Program-made: the position numbers and the translations under genes
The notes under the pieces: model-generated
The model's input: only the letters and a program-made list of their open reading frames with translations
Databases searched by the model: none
What the model was told of the DNA's origin: nothing
Source of the DNA: Eubacteriales bacterium
Lineage (GTDB): Bacteria; Bacillota; Clostridia; Oscillospirales; CAG-272
DNA length: 64,000 nucleotides
Assembly: GCA_045127455.1 (NCBI GenBank)
Contig: JBGVQK010000077.1
Location: 2,370 to 66,369, forward strand
Reading direction: 5' to 3'
Shown here: one piece after another, positions 63,307-64,000 of the stretch
Layout of the letters: every line of letters begins with the position of its first letter
How positions within the stretch are numbered: position 1 is the first letter of the stretch

Positions 63307-64000
63307 ATGGAACAAGAAGTTTACGTAGATCTGTATTTTCTCATCAACACCTGTATGAATCTTTTGGCATTGATAATCAGCGCAACGCTCCTTCACCGCA
63401 AAATCAGTCGATGGCGCGCGTGGCTTGCCGCCGCTGCGGGAGGGCTTTGGGCGGTAATGGCGCTCTTTTTGGGGATGGAAGGCTTTTGGGGGCTTTTGTG
63501 CGATGCGGCTGTTATTTTTTTGATGTGTACCGCGGTATTTGCCACCAAAAAAACGTCGTTTGGAGCGCTTTTGAAATGTACGCTCGTTGGCGTGCTGACC
63601 TCTATGATCCTTGGCGGTGTAATGACCGCGCTCTATGCGCTCTTCAATCGCATCAAGCTTCCATTAGGGGAATCACAGGAAAATAGTAGTTCTCTTTTGA
63701 TTTTCGTTCTGATTGCCGCTCTTGCGGGACTCGCCACTGTACACGGGGGACGCTTTTTGGGGCTTTCCAAAAAGAGCAAATACGTAACGGTGAATGCTGT
63801 GTTGTTTGGCAAGGCGGTAACCCTGCGCGCAATGGTGGATACGGGAAACCGCCTGCGCGAGCCAATTAGTGGCCGTAGCGTGATCGTAGCCGATAGGGCG
63901 CGTATTCTTGAGGCTTTACCCCCATCGCTCTCTGCGGCGCTCAAAAGCCCCTCTCCCGATAGGTGGCTCTCAAACGGGCAATACGCTACGCACATCCGTC
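63307..64000 (+). CDS. spoIIGA: Sigma-E processing peptidase SpoIIGA, N-terminal about 231 codons (continues past window end)
   Basis: Own translation (no stop in the window, so absent from the ORF track): MEQEVYVDLYFLINTCMNLLALIISATLL... It has five hydrophobic helices, then GKAVTLRAMVDTGNRLREPISGRSVIV (DTGN aspartic protease motif). RBS is AAAGGAGG. Confidence 0.8.
   Translation, partial: MEQEVYVDLYFLINTCMNLLALIISATLLHRKISRWRAWLAAAAGGLWAVMALFLGMEGFWGLLCDAAVIFLMCTAVFATKKTSFGALLKCTLVGVLTSMILGGVMTALYALFNRIKLPLGESQENSSSLLIFVLIAALAGLATVHGGRFLGLSKKSKYVTVNAVLFGKAVTLRAMVDTGNRLREPISGRSVIVADRARILEALPPSLSAALKSPSPDRWLSNGQYATHIR

Noticed and set aside
1-64000. CRISPR arrays, prophage/integrase/transposase genes, rRNA operons, a retron or DGR reverse transcriptase, and classical toxin-antitoxin pairs.
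   Set aside because: I scanned by eye for regularly spaced direct repeats and for hallmark motifs (integrase RHRY context, DDE, reverse transcriptase YxDD, Cas). None was found. The only tandem repeats are the 7-mer x4, the 15-mer x3 and the tRNA-Pro leader duplication reported above.

Overview
Chromosomal segment of a spore-forming, low-GC-type Gram-positive bacterium, Clostridia-like. Supporting signs: spoVG, spoIIGA, AGGAGG-type ribosome-binding sites, and many TTGACA/TTGCAA-17-TATAAT promoters. I call 53 protein-coding genes, 2 tRNAs (Trp-CCA, Pro-CGG), about 17 intrinsic terminators, about 13 sigma-A-type promoters and several repeat families. I saw no rRNA, CRISPR array, transposase, integrase or phage genes.

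Layout, start to end:
- murC (partial), spoVG, a YfcE-like phosphoesterase, DUF1292 and hemW.
- yhaN/yhaO-like (SbcEF-type) genes next to a NUDIX / membrane / YhaM-like HD operon.
- Small A+T-rich orphan genes, then pyk, an anchored PstS-like protein and tRNA-Trp.
- MATE and HAD genes.
- A five-gene ABC-2 / GldG x2 / DUF4340-like operon.
- An M23 peptidase plus a leaderless DUF11 protein, then an ABC exporter pair.
- A DegT x2 / SIS / BadF-kinase cluster with a divergent ceramidase-like gene.
- A four-gene envelope operon headed by a YwaF(TMEM164)-like membrane domain fused to an ABC ATPase.
- tRNA-Pro with an unusual repeated leader.
- A lipoprotein phosphoesterase.
- A TetM/EF-G-like GTPase fused to a YacP/Rae1-type NYN domain.
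- An ECF sigma factor paired with a 1040-aa LRR membrane protein.
- A ptsH-ptsI-crr-EIICB operon.
- A sigma factor fused to a roughly 255-aa C-terminal domain.
- A methyltransferase, plsY, an M24 peptidase and spoIIGA (partial).

Best candidates for uncharacterised biology: (1) the YwaF-ABC fusion operon, (2) the ribosomal GTPase-NYN fusion, and (3) the tandemly duplicated C-rich-loop hairpin / tRNA-5'-fragment leader upstream of tRNA-Pro.

All functional calls rest on motifs I recognise by eye. No searches were run.
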